From: the human T2T-CHM13v2.0 reference genome, Homo sapiens
Assembly: GCF_009914755.1 (NCBI RefSeq)
Contig: NC_060927.1
Length of the DNA: 64,000 bases
Direction: 5' to 3' (one strand)
This document shows, piece by piece, positions 29,028 through 43,690 of this stretch. The position numbers were made by a program, and so were the translations under genes. Position 1 is the first letter of the stretch; each line of letters opens with the position of its first letter. The notes beneath the pieces are model-generated. The model worked only from the letters and a program-made list of their open reading frames with translations, ran no database searches and was not told where the DNA came from.

Positions 29028-32000
29028 TCATTATCTCATCATTATCATCATTATCAAAAACTACCATTTACTGACCAATTATGACTTGCAAGGCATTGGG
29101 CGAAGTACATTATATACAAATCTCATTTAATCCTCACGGGAAAGCTATGAAATGTGTGTGAATACTTTGGCAGAGTTGGTGACTCTTCGTAAAAAGAGAA
29201 AATGTTTGGTCAAACTAATCTACAAACACCACTTATATTACTAAATGAGCACCTGTTAAATAAATCTAGGGGGAAATGTACCACATTTCTAATCAACAGG
29301 CTGGATTCTTGGTTATTTAATAATTGCCCTTCTTGCTCATTTCTACCCCGAAAGCAGCCATTCAACGATGGAAAGACCATCCATCTGGGAGCAGAAACAA
29401 GCCAAATTCCTGATCTTTATAATGGGAGGTTGCAAGAATGCCTACTCGTCTGCTAAAAGTACATGGGTCTCTCTTCAATCACAGCACAAAACACTGGAAC
29501 CTCAGGAACACATCGGAACGCTCAACCTTGACCTGACTGCTATCCAGAACTTGCCGAAAGTACAGCTGAAGCAGCTGATATTTGAGAAAGATACGTCACA
29601 TCTGCAATCTTCTGAGTTATTTATGCTCTCTTTCTTTACAAAGTGAAATCACCACAAAGCAATTTACCTGGACCACAGTAGCTTAGCCACCCACAGAAAT
29701 ACTTTCATAAGTTGAGATACATTATTATACCCTCAGCTCCTATTGAGAATCTATATAAAATATCACCTTTTAAAGAACATTAGCACAATTTCCACAAAAC
29801 AGCAATTGAAGGCATTTTCCATTATGATTCTCAACATTTCTTATATAAACAGTCCTCTTAAAATGTACTGCCCCCAAACACTTATGCCTATGGATGAAAT
29901 TGTATGCTTACTTTATCTGAAAACAATTGCATGCCCCACCCGGTTTCCCTTTGTGCCCTGGTTTCCAGGAAGCTCAGTACTAAATTTAGTGCTCAATTGT
30001 AGCCACTCTCACACAATTCAACATACACATATCTCTTTCCACCTTCAAAAGGGAGCTTTTTTCCCTGTTCGTTGCTTTGTTTGCTTTTCCCTCCGATGAT
30101 CAAATAGTACAATGGTCATTATTAAAAAATATGGAACACATAGAAGGACATAAAGCAGCAAAAGATGTAAAGCAGCAAGAAAAACAATTTCCAATGGTTT
30201 CTGATCTCTTTTTAAAAATCTGATTCCATTGGCTAGGCCTATACTTGCTTTAACACTGTAAGGCATACAATTTGGTTTTGGAAGCAGGTAACTCCTGACT
30301 ATCCCAGCCTCGGAAGAGGTTATGTTGCATGCATGTTTCTGTGTAGCTGAGTGAAGAGTGAAACGAGGCACAGAATACAAAGGCTGAATACACGTGGAAT
30401 CATAGATGCTGAAACTAGAATCTTTCAGATCATCTGGTCAAATTCCTTCATGTTCCAAATAAGGAGCCACCTCTCCTCCATGCCAGGCTCCTAGCTATCT
30501 TCCTTGTGTTCACCTAGTGAGGCGCATCACTCATCGGACTGGTGTAAGCGCCAGGCTTTTCACAGGGTCATATTTCCTAGTGGGTGGAGTGGCCAAGTGT
30601 TCACCTCCTTTGCTTTTGTTTTTCCAGAGCTGGCCAGCCAGGCTGAGCCGACTCCAGGTCTCCCTGGCAGGTCCTGCTGGCTCTCTCTCAGCACTCTTGC
30701 CTGAGTGCCTAGAGCTCCTGTATCGTGTAGTCAGAAAGGGACAGTAATGTCTCAACATTTAGATTCAAGGGGAAGACTCTGGTTAGTGGGTTACCAGATG
30801 CCAGCCCAGCTTTAAAAACAAAGCAGAAGTTTGTTTCCCATGTAACTTCAGGTCTTTGTACATGTACCCTCTGCATCCCCACGGGGAGGAGGGGAGGTTG
30901 GCAGGATGGATTCAGACATACTTGGATGCCTGGTGAGAACCCCATTTAACAGCACCCAGAGCCATCTCTAATATCTAAAAGGGTGGTGGGACTCTACCTC
31001 GAACTGAACACACAGTTCACTAAAAAGGAAGAGAAGTGTTCAGTAAAAGACTCAAGAGATATGAAAGATACGATGAAACTCACCAGCAGTTAAAAGTATA
31101 AGCTTTTAAAAGGATGGATGGTAAAGAATTTCAGGGACAATTAATTTTTTAGTGTTGAAAAATATAGGTGAAAAAAATATATAGGTGAATATAGAGTCAT
31201 AGAGTCAAGTCCAGTAAAGTTGGAAACATAGGCTGATTTTTCAAATATACCACCAAAGTAGGTTGAATTTAAATTATAAATATTAAATGATCCTGACCAG
31301 AATCAAAGCATAGCTTCCTAAAAAATACTTCCTTTCTACCGTTTAGTAAAGTTGTAAATCACTGAACCACAGAACTTTGAGGCTGGAAGAATTGCAGCTT
31401 TTATCCAATCCAAGCAATGTTTATGAATAATCTTAAAAAGCAATCTTCTAAAAACATGAATCATGAATTATATCCAAATCCAGTCAGCAGGAAACTGTAT
31501 ACAGGGTATGTGGAAGAAGAATTGGCTGCTTTAAACAGGCACTCCAGAAGGGACTCCTGGGTTTAGTTTTTGCTTTGATGACACAAACCCAAACTCCTAG
31601 TCTCGCAAGTTACTTCTAAAAACCTCTGACCTGTAAAAATTTTGCAATGGCAATTTTGGAGACAACCTAACCTCTATTTTCCAAGAACATTTCCAACCCT
31701 CTCTGTCCTGCTCCCTATGGTACGAGGATGAAAACACAAGCAGCACACACAAACACTGAATAAAACCTCGGAGAAGAAAAAAGATGGTCAGAGTTTCCAA
31801 TACTCTCTTTGGCCCATGGCATGATGTGCCCTGTGAGGGTATCTGGGCACATGCTAATCCCTATGTCTTATCGGCTGCACCTTGTTCTTGGGCGAGGGGG
31901 AACCTAAAGGAAGTAACAGACACAGCCGGTGTCCTCAAGAGGATTACAGTCTCTCTGGGCAGAGAGGCATTAGATGACCTGCTATGATGAGGTGTACAGC

Positions 32001-32280
32001 ACAGAGGACCAGATGGTTGAAGAAAGGCTCAGGAATCCCTGAGCTGAGACTTAAGTGATGAATAGTAATTGGAACAGCAGAGAGAGAGGAGAGCACTCCA
32101 CAGCTGTAGTTACTAATATCACGCCTTGCAAACTCCTGCATTATATCTGCTTTTTTTTTCAAAATGATGCCTAGAAAAATGTACACTCATGTTTTCTTTA
32201 CCATCGAAGGAAACATTTTTGCAATAATGAAGAAATAAAAATCTCACTCCTAATCAAATGGTACAATGCTCACCATTTCA

Positions 32281-32649
<369 letters not shown>

Positions 32650-32810
32650 CTACTTCCACTCCAAGTACCTGGCATTAGAGGAATGGCATTTTGGCTTGAT
32701 GTCTTTTCCCCTTACCCACTATTATGAGTATGTAACTAGCTGGCTATGCACATTGATTTATGTCTACTTTGAGTGACTTCCGAGTGTTAAGCTGGGTATG
32801 TGGCACTCAC

Positions 32811-33113
32811 GTGAGGAAAGGTCTAAGAGAGGAGAGGAAGCTGCTGTCCTGTAGAAATGCAGCCAGGAGAGATCTGGTCCTGAGGAATTTCTCTTCCTAG
32901 AAGGCGTGGTCAGCTCTCCCATCTCCAAAGCAGGAAGAAAGGAAGGGCTCCAAGCCGAAGTGGTGGCCTCTTGGCTGTGCACAGTCCATTCTTCTGACAG
33001 CCCCATCGCCCTCTCTGTTCCCATCTCCGAGGCTGTTCCACTCTTTGTTTGAAAAGCGGCAATTCTTTCATCGAACTCTGAACTGCTGGATGGCAGGTGA
33101 AGACTTTCCGAGG
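32811..33113 (-). CDS. HEG1: HEG1 exon 3 (303 nt, phase 1-1)
   Basis: ttttcag|CCTCGG acceptor, TCAC|gtgagt donor; ASESLHLPSS...LLDLSS. Confidence 0.95.
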
Positions 33114-33559
33114 CTGAAAACAGACAAAAACAATTAGAATTCCACCAGCAGACTTCAAAATGTCTTAATATGCTTTTAGGGGGCTCAGTTCTGACATCTA
33201 CAAAATATACAGACATAAGAAGAAATTAGGAGAATAATTCAGTCTATGAAAAATAAACTCCTGAAAGAGACCACAGACCAAGGTCTGTGTATTAGATCTC
33301 ACAAAGATTCTGTGTATTGTGGTAAAATTCTCAGAAAAGGAGCTCACTGGAGGTAAGTATCAGACAATATGGAATCAGAGATCAGGGTCTGATCATCAGG
33401 ACCCAGCATCCACATTCCACCAGATTGGTCCCAGAATGTACCTGAATGCAATATAAACAAAATTCCTAATATCTGGGTGACCAAGAGGACCAGGGAATGT
33501 CATGTGCAGAGTTTCTAAGCTCTGTAGGAATCATTTATGAATACAAAAGACTTTCATAT

Positions 33560-33950
33560 GCATCTTTACAGAATCGAGTCCCTCCCAACCAGATCTCCTG
33601 CCACTAGGACCTGAAACCATGGAGTCATCTCTGACGGCTTCATCCTTTACTTTCAGGCCATCAACAGGTCCTATCACTTTTCCTTGGTGAAGTCTCCTCT
33701 TCATCCCTGTGGCCACTAGGCCACATCGCAGCACCTGGTGTCTGAATTTCTCTGTCTGCCTGGGTGGTCCCTTTGACTCCAGGTTCCCTCCATCCTCCTA
33801 CCCCCATGCTAGACATCCTGTAACCTGCCTGCCAGGCGAATCCTCCTCAAATTCACTTTAGTTATGTCACTTACTTGCTCAGAAACCTTCACTGACTCTT
33901 GTTACCACACCAAATCTAAACTGCCAGGTTTCAAAAGTCCTCCGTGATTG
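33560..33950 (-). mobile_element. L2 fragment
   Basis: Degenerate L2-like text (ggagtcatctctgac, tatgtcacttacttgctcagaaaccttc). Confidence 0.55.
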
Positions 33951-34714
33951 TCCCTAACCCCGTTCACGCAATGGTCCTACCTGTTCCTCCTCTCCTTTGT
34001 GGGCAACTGATGCCCTCCCCAAGGGAGCCTGCTGGCCTTACCACCCTACAGAGAGGCCACACCTGTCTTTCTCTCCTCTGCACCTCACTCTCGTTGTCCA
34101 GGCATTCCACACCTCAGCACCCCCACCACCTTGCTCAGATACATACACATAAGCTCTAATCCCAGTTCTGAAACCTGTTAACTGTTTGACCTACACATAT
34201 TGGGACAACTAACTTCTCTGAGCTTCAGTTTCCAAATGCCTAAAAGGAGAATAACATGATCTCATAGGCTTGCTAGAAGGATTGAGAGAACAGACATGGT
34301 GGTATGTAGTAGGTCCCTAATTAATGCTAGTTTTCTTAGTCTTCTCTTCCTCCGTGCAATTTTACCCATTGAGCCCCAGCACCTTCTTGACATTCTTTGC
34401 TAAAAATAGCAAACCACCAAGCTGTGCACACCAGGGCAAGAACAACCGTTTGGGCCACATCAACACAAACCAAACCCAAGCCTGTCGCAGCTATGCATCC
34501 CACAAAACCTACTGCCTCTGAGACCCTCGGGTGTGGCAGGCTCCCTGGAAAAAGAATGAAGGTTGGATTCCACTGGCCATGGATCACAGATACCACAGGA
34601 CCAGCAAATCTGCACCCTTGTCTGGTCTGTATTGGCAAGCATAATACATATGAGGCCTAAGTCACAGGTCTGACCCACCCCAGCCTAGGAACCTTGGAAG
34701 GGCACAATGGCTCA

Positions 34715-35510
<796 letters not shown>

Positions 35511-37257
35511 CTTCACCTTTCTTTTTTTCCCATATTCATTATTCTTATAATCCAGAGGAAGGAATTATGAAGCAACAATATAATACAGGATTAAATTTCA
35601 TTGTGCATAGAATAAATGATGGAAATTTATTGATAGAAAGAGATCAACATGGGGCTCATGGAAGAGCAACTGAACCTCTGGCACCTGTGCAGGGTCAGAG
35701 AGGGGATTAGAGGAGGAAGATTGGGTGTAAGCAAAAGGCAAGAAGCATCTCATATTCGCCAAAGTTGCTAACTGTGCCTCCTGGGGTGGGTGGTAGGAAG
35801 CTATTATAAAAGCTGGCAGCCCTTGACCCTGACACCTACTCTTGCAGGTGGGAGCTGTAATGCGCAATTCTGATAAAACATGAAGACTCTGGCAATATTA
35901 CTGAAACTTGTGTGATGTGAATGGGTTTGAGGCAGCAATTCCAAATTGAATTTATCTGAAGGAGATACTCAAGAATGTGGACAAAGATTTAGCTGCATAG
36001 ATGTTCATTACAGCATTGTTTACAGTAGAAAGAGGAAAAGAAAGAACAAACCTAAAACTCCTTCAGCAGGTTATCAATTAAATCAGTTACAGTAGACAGT
36101 ATCCACAAGAAAGAAAACTATGTGGTCACTGAATTGGTGCTATAAAATAAAGATATTCTTCAGGGATTGTTGAATTAAAACAGCATGCTTCAAATAGACT
36201 TTATATGTAATGATCTCATTTTGTGAAAAATAATAATAACAGTAAATATGCATGGAGGTAGGTAGCAGACGTAGGTGCCTGATGTGTATTCATTCAAGCA
36301 TTGCACAAAGATGAAGACAGGTCCTCTTATACTTCCCATTTTACATAGGAAGCAAAGGAGGCATGGAGGGTGGGGGAGGTCATGCATCTTGCCCAAGTCG
36401 CACAGTCAAAAAGCAGGAGGGCCAGGCAGCCTGCTCCAAACCCAGGCCCCTCACTCGCCAGCTGTGCTCAGCTGGAAGGGAAAATGGTGGAGAGGAGAAT
36501 GGTTTCCAGTTGGGAGTGCTGAGGAAATAATGCTGTTGAGTATGGACTGTTACTTGAACCCTGTATATTAGGAATATATTTATATTAGTCAGAAAATATA
36601 TTTAAATGATAGTTAACTTCCATAACACCCAAGATGGTGGCAAAGAGGGTATTAGTTAAAAATGTTCTGAGGATGAAGTTAAAGTTGGGGGTTAAATTGG
36701 GCAAAAGGAAGTCATGTGTAGCATCAAATGCCATTTGTCAAGGCAGGAGGTTCAGGGTCAGAGCAGGTGCGTGGGATGCCCAAGTCACGTCCAAGAAAGC
36801 TGCCCTGTTACTCTGGAAAAGTCTGCACCCAACCTGGCCACTGCTTAGAAGCCAAAGCTGGGCCACTGCTGAGTGCTGGGTCACTGCTGGGTGCCAGGCC
36901 CCTAAAAAATAGTACCAAAACCAAACAGCATTCTGAGAACACTGTCCTTTCCCCATACATCCAAACTAATTTGGAATCCAATATCAAATATGGGTGCCAA
37001 TTGAGGGACACTGAGCAAGGGTGAGGACAGGGCCACATGAAGTTGTCACTGATTACGTGACTCCCTGATAAAACCATTTAATTTTCCCCACTTGGAAATG
37101 TTATTTCTCTTTCTGTTTGGGAATGGGGACTGTGGGCATTGGTGAGAAACCTCTGTGGGGATGAATGGAATCACTTCGATTTATATGAATCAAACAAAAA
37201 TGGCAAACCATCGGACAAGTAGAGGCTGCAGGTAGAACCTACAGTTTGTATCTAAAT

Positions 37258-37454
37258 ACCACACACACACACACACATACATACATACACACACACACAC
37301 CCACATATACCCCCACACACACACATACACACACAGGCACACATACACACACATACACATGCACACATACACATATACACACATACACATACACTTAAAC
37401 ACCTACACACACAGGCATGCATACACACACACACGCACACACACACATACACAC
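37258..37454. repeat. Compound (CA/TA)n low-complexity repeat
   Basis: ~200 bp of alternating purine-pyrimidine sequence. Confidence 0.95.
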
Positions 37455-37475
37455 GGAACAAGTTATCTTTCAGAT

Positions 37476-37800
37476 CAGTGCTGCCTAAGAGATACTGAGT
37501 CACAAACACAATCCACATGTGTACACTTTAAATTTTCTAGTAGCTGCATTTTTAAAATTAAAAAATGTGAAATTAATTTCAATATTAATATTTTATTTCA
37601 CTCAACATATCCAAAAGATTATCACTTCAATATGTAACTGATATAAAAATATTGAGATATTTTATATTCTTTTTTTGGTGTTAAACATTTAAAATCCAGT
37701 GAATGTTTTAGGAGCCACATCTCAAGAGCTCCATAGCCACACGTGGCTGGTGGCTGCATCAACCACACGTGGCTGGTGGCTGCATCACTTGCCAGTGCAG
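37476..37800 (+). mobile_element. hAT-Charlie MITE (MER33-like)
   Basis: cagtgctg...gtgcag ends, aattttctagtagc, gccacacgtggctggtggct; flanks tttcagat/ttctagat. Confidence 0.75.
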
Positions 37801-39298
37801 TTCTAGATCAATGGTTCTGAACATTTCTCCACTCTGATTCACTCCTTCTAGAAGCAGTGGCTCACTTATTTGGGGTTAGGGGGTGAAGATTATAAAAAAC
37901 TTCCAGAAGACATTCTGACAGGCTTTCCTGAGGGAATCACTTCCTCCCCAAATCCCTTGAGATAACTGTTTTTATGCCTCCTGTTCTGTTTCCTGTGGGT
38001 GATAATTAACAGAGGCTTCCTGGAGGGGGAGGGAAGTTGCCATGCCTCTGGGCTCCTCTGGGGCCCAGTTCCAGACAGGCAAGACCCACATGCAGCTAGA
38101 AATGGGATGTGGAAGGGCGTTTCCAGGGGCAGCCACAAGGCCTGTAAGTTCAGCTTGAGAGACTGGGGTTACAGACAACAGTGGCCCACAGGGCATGTCC
38201 CTTTGTTCTACCTCTGGGAGCTGCGAAGGCAAGCTGGTCTCCTGGGAGGAGGTGAAAGGTCTGAGGATGCTTTCTGTCTCCTCTTGGCTAACTGTGCACA
38301 ATGAGACATTATTCTCCAAGGAAGACAGAGAGAAGTGATTGTAGGGAAGCAGAAGGCACTCAAAACCCATGCCCCAAAGCTGGCCAGCTCTGAGCAAAGG
38401 GAAGGCAATGAACTTGGCTCCATTACAACCTTCAGACAAGGTGAGACTCAGCCATTGGTGAGTGTGGCGGGGCCTTTGAGGAAGCAGCTTTGTTCCCTTC
38501 CTCTCCAAGGACCAGGATTGGAAGTCCCAGAGCCCATTCAGCTCAGGGAACTCCAGTGCAGTCTCCGAGGGGAAAAGAATGGCCACATGCAGACAGGGCA
38601 GGACCCACACTGACCTGCGCTCTCTTCCTAGAGGGGTGACTAAAGATGTAAGAAAGAAAAAATGCACACCATAAACAAAACTGAAAGGTAGACAACAGTC
38701 CTGCAGTATCCTCCATAACCCTGCCACTATAAACAACTCAAAATGCTGAATAAAATATTTTTTTAAAAAAATTTCTAAAAGCACTGCTGAGCTGGCAAGT
38801 AAGTAAAGAATCAAATCTGAGGCCAAAAATGAACCATGACTAGGAATCCAGAGAAGTGAGCTAATGTTGAGGCTGGCAGCTGCCCTGGAGGCACCTGTTC
38901 AACATTTGTGACCTTGAATTTCTGTTCTGATGGCTGCCAAGAATCAGGAGATGGGAGCCACGATTCTCAAGGAGGGAATCCAACGGGAAACCACTGTGTA
39001 AAGCTGGGACTTTACACAGCTATGCCTTGGGTGTAAGGCAAATAGAAACAAACCGGCCCCGCAGAAGGGCACAGCAAGGAAACCTGGCCCTTCAATCTTG
39101 GTTTCAAGTGAAAGAAAAAATAAATCTCACCCGAGTATATATAATCACAAAGCTAGCCCTCGTATGGGTGTGCTGTATGTCACATTACCTCTGTGGTCTA
39201 AACTGAGGATGTATTTACGAGTGGTCCTGAATCCTGGGAATGTACTAAAACCCACCGAATTGTATACTTTCAAAGGGTAAACTTTATGGCATGTAAAT

Positions 39299-39645
39299 CA
39301 GGGACCTCCAAACCCAGGACATGGACTGGTAGCGGTCCGCGGGCTATTAGGAACCAGGCTGCACAGGAGGAGGTGAGCAGTGGGCGAGCGAGCATTACCG
39401 CCTCAGCTCCGCCTCCTGACAGATCAGCAGTGGCATCAGATTCTCAAAGGAGCAAGAACATTATTGTGAACTGCGCATGTGCGAAAGATCTAGGTTGCAT
39501 GCTCCGTATGAGAAACTAATGCCTGATATGATCTGAGGTGGAAGAGTTTCATCCCAACCCCCGGCCCACCCCACCCCGCCCTATCCGTGGAAAAATTGTC
39601 TTCCATGAAACCAGTCCCTGGTGCCAAAAAGGTTGGGGACCACTG
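39299..39645 (+). mobile_element. MER1B-like hAT-Charlie element
   Basis: MER1-type text, CAG...CTG termini, perfect 8-bp TSD atgtaaat (39291-39298 / 39646-39653). Confidence 0.88.
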
Positions 39646-40171
39646 ATGTAAATTATATCTCCAATACACACACATCCTGTTAATAACGGGGCAGGGGCGG
39701 TCCTGATGGATAGTGCCTCCAGGTACCTGTATTGTGTAGACACAAATACAAATGCTCTCTAGATAAACATATCTTCAAACCAGTTTTTGTCATTTATTGA
39801 TAACATTCTAAGGAATAAGAAACCACAGTCAAAAATCACAAAATACATGAGAAAACGAGGCATCCATGAGGAAACAAGACATCCACACCTCTTTGTCTGG
39901 TAATCCTAGTAGTTGAAGTCTTTGCTTGTTAAACAATTGCCAACAAATTAGAGAAGCAAAGACTTCAAATGCTAGAATTACCAGACAAAGAAGTATACAA
40001 AATCACATTAGAAAAAATTTTTTTAAAAAGAGACTATAAATAATAACCCAAAATATTTGAAAGAAAGCTAGATGGAAATTCTAGAAATAAAAAAGTAATA
40101 ATTGAAATTTTAAAAACTCAACAGCAGATTAGATATGGCCAAAGTGAGAATTAGAAAATAATTATAATTCA

Positions 40172-40534
<363 letters not shown>

Positions 40535-40627
40535 TTAAGAGACAAAAAGAGTGAGAAAGTCCAACACACAACTGATTGGAGTTTAGGAGGAGAAAACAGA
40601 GAAAGTAGAAGTGAAAACATTGATTTA

Positions 40628-40897
40628 ATTTTTATTTTTTTATTTGAGACAGAGTCTCACTCTGTCACCCAGGCTGGAGTACATCTCAGCTCACTGCAGC
40701 CTCCACATCCTGGGTTCAAGCAATTCTCATGCCTCAGCCTCCTGAGTAGCTGGGATTACAGGTGTGCCATCACACCTGGTTAATTTTTTTTGTATTTTTA
40801 GTAGAGATGGGGTTTCACCCTGTTGCCCAGGCTGGTCTCAAACTCCTGACCTCAGGTGATCTGCCCACCTCAGCCTCACAAAGTGTGGGGCTTACAG
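40628..40897 (-). mobile_element. Alu (S-type, 5' truncated)
   Basis: Alu consensus. Confidence 0.9.
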
Positions 40898-41596
40898 AAG
40901 TGGTAATATTTTAAAAGGTAATGGGCTGGAAAATTTCCCAAACTAATGAGAACTATAAATCTTCATTCTAAGTAGGCTCCTTAGAGTAAATTAAAAACGA
41001 AACATGTACCTCTATCATAGTGAAACTGCACAAAAACCACAGACTAAGAGTAGGTCTTAAAAGCAACCAGAGGGGAAAAAAATGGCAAATCATCTATACA
41101 AGGTGACAATTACAGCTGATTTCTCAACAGTGACAATGGAAGCCAAAAGACAGTGGATAAATATTTTCAACGTGCTGAGAGAGAAAACTATAATCGTATA
41201 TTCGGCAAAGCTATCTTTGAGAAACATCTTCAGACTATCAAATAAAAACACGTTCAGTCAAAATTGAGTTTTTCAACCATTTCTACTACAGTAAATTATA
41301 ACAAATTTCTTTCAAGCAGAAGAAAAACAATTCTTAATGAAAGATATCAGATGCAAGGCAATATAATGAGCAAAAAAAATACATGTGTGAATAAATCTAA
41401 AGGAACACTGAATTTATGAAATAATAACAATAATTTCTCATTTGTGAAATTAATAAAACAAGTCAGAACAAATCCTAGATAACAATAGTTCGTAAGTCTG
41501 GCATGGGATAATTAGAATCATGTTGCATAGCAGAAGCGTAACTTTGAGTTCTGTGAAAAATGCATTTAAAATACCTCTCTAAAGAACAGAAATAGA

Positions 41597-41959
<363 letters not shown>

Positions 41960-43449
41960 TCAGTGAATACTGTCTAAAACCAAAATTAAAAAAAAAATCA
42001 ATAAATAGCAACATAAGCAGGTTAGAGATATGGAAAAAATTACTAAGATAATCAGTTAAAAAAGGGTTGAGAATGGTTAATTCTGGGGAACAGAAAATGA
42101 TGATAATAGGAGTGGTCAGAGTTTTTATTACAGTCTTATACAATCTATTTGATTTTCAAACTATGTATAAGTCTGATAAAAATAAAAGCTATATTTGCAA
42201 AAAGTTGAATGACAAACAAGGGTAAATGTCTGCAGTGCCTGATAAAAATGTTTAGCATCCTTAACACATAAAGAACTTTTTCAAATCCCTAAGATGTACC
42301 CCTCGTAGACAAAGAACATGAATGTGCAATTCACAAAAGGAAATATATAAGTGGAGAATAAATACATGAAAGCATTGTTGAAAAGCATGGAAATACAAAC
42401 CCAAACTAGAAAAGACCTTTTACATTACTTTTGTATTTTTGTGTATCAAATTGGCAAAGACTTAAGAATAATATCTAATGTCATCACAGGTACTTTCATA
42501 CGATATTGGTAAAAATACAATTAACACAGTCCTTTTGGTGAGGAATTTGGCAATCCATTGCAAAAGCATTAAAAATAGGCATATATTTTGGCCCAAGAAT
42601 TCCATTTCTGGAAATCAGTTCTAAGGAAATTATTAGGAAGTGTGCAAAGTTTCGGGTATAAGGAAGTTTATCACAGAATTGTTTATAATAATGAAAAGTG
42701 GAAACAACCTAAATTTCTACAATAGGGAGGTGGTTAACTTAATTATGAGATAACATTTTAAAGGATTGACCAAAATACATTGTTGATACAGTTTTTCTTA
42801 TGTATTATGCTCACACTATACTGTCAAATGCAAACATAAATTATAAAATAGTATGTATCATATGATTCCATGTTATTAAAAATATATCTATGACAAATTG
42901 TCTCCTAAGAAAAAGAACAAAAATGGTTGGTATCTTGATAAAAGGATCCCAGGTCTACGGACCTGGAGAAGCCACTTAGGAATGGGCTTTCTGGGGTCCC
43001 CAGATGGCCTCCTAAGGTAGGTGAAGTCTGTAGACCTTTAATAGAAAGTTGGCTCATGCAACTTGCTACTAACAAAGTGTGTAGGTAGGAGTTCCAGTGA
43101 CATTTCTGAAACATAATGTAAGCATGTGAGTGGCTTTTGATGGCATAGCTGAAAGACTGATGAGTTTCCTTGTGCCTCAGCTGCTCTGCCCCTGGATGCC
43201 TAACTACACTCAGTAACAGTCATGGCCATAACTGGTAGCCCATGACCACCTCTGCAGAGCAGCTAGACACCAAATACACCCTTGGTTAGTGCAGCCACTG
43301 CTGGGCCCTGCTGGCCCCAAAGAGCTGCCTTCTGTGGTTACACCTCCACTTCTCCTTAGTCAGTGGGTACCAAAGTCGCCTGCACTGGTGAGAAACTACT
43401 GCTTTCCGTGTCTCTAGAAATTCAATTCTTAATAAGAGAGGCAGTGGGG

Positions 43450-43690
43450 GAATACACAGACTGTGGTTCAAGTCAGACCATGTAGGTTAGACTTCTGGCT
43501 CCACCTCTTTCATACCCTATGATCTTAAGTGAGATCCTTAATTGCTTCATGCCCCAGCTTGCCTTCTGTAAAATGAGGATATTAACAGCATCTCCCTCAC
43601 TGGGTTGTTGTGAAAACCAATGGAATGTAGACATGTAAGAGCTTAGAAAGAGTGCCTGGTACACAGTGAATGCTACATATGTCATAGCTA
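43450..43690 (+). mobile_element. MIR
   Basis: MIR core (ctgtaaaatgaggatattaaca...gtgcctggtacacagtgaatgc). Confidence 0.75.

Noticed and set aside
37190-37637. Cys/Val- or His/Thr-rich ORFs
   Set aside because: Translation of the (CA)n repeat.
37972-38826. 284-aa minus-strand ORF in intron 1
   Set aside because: Non-ATG start, no recognisable domain, no HEG1 module motif, partly overlaps an L1-like fragment.
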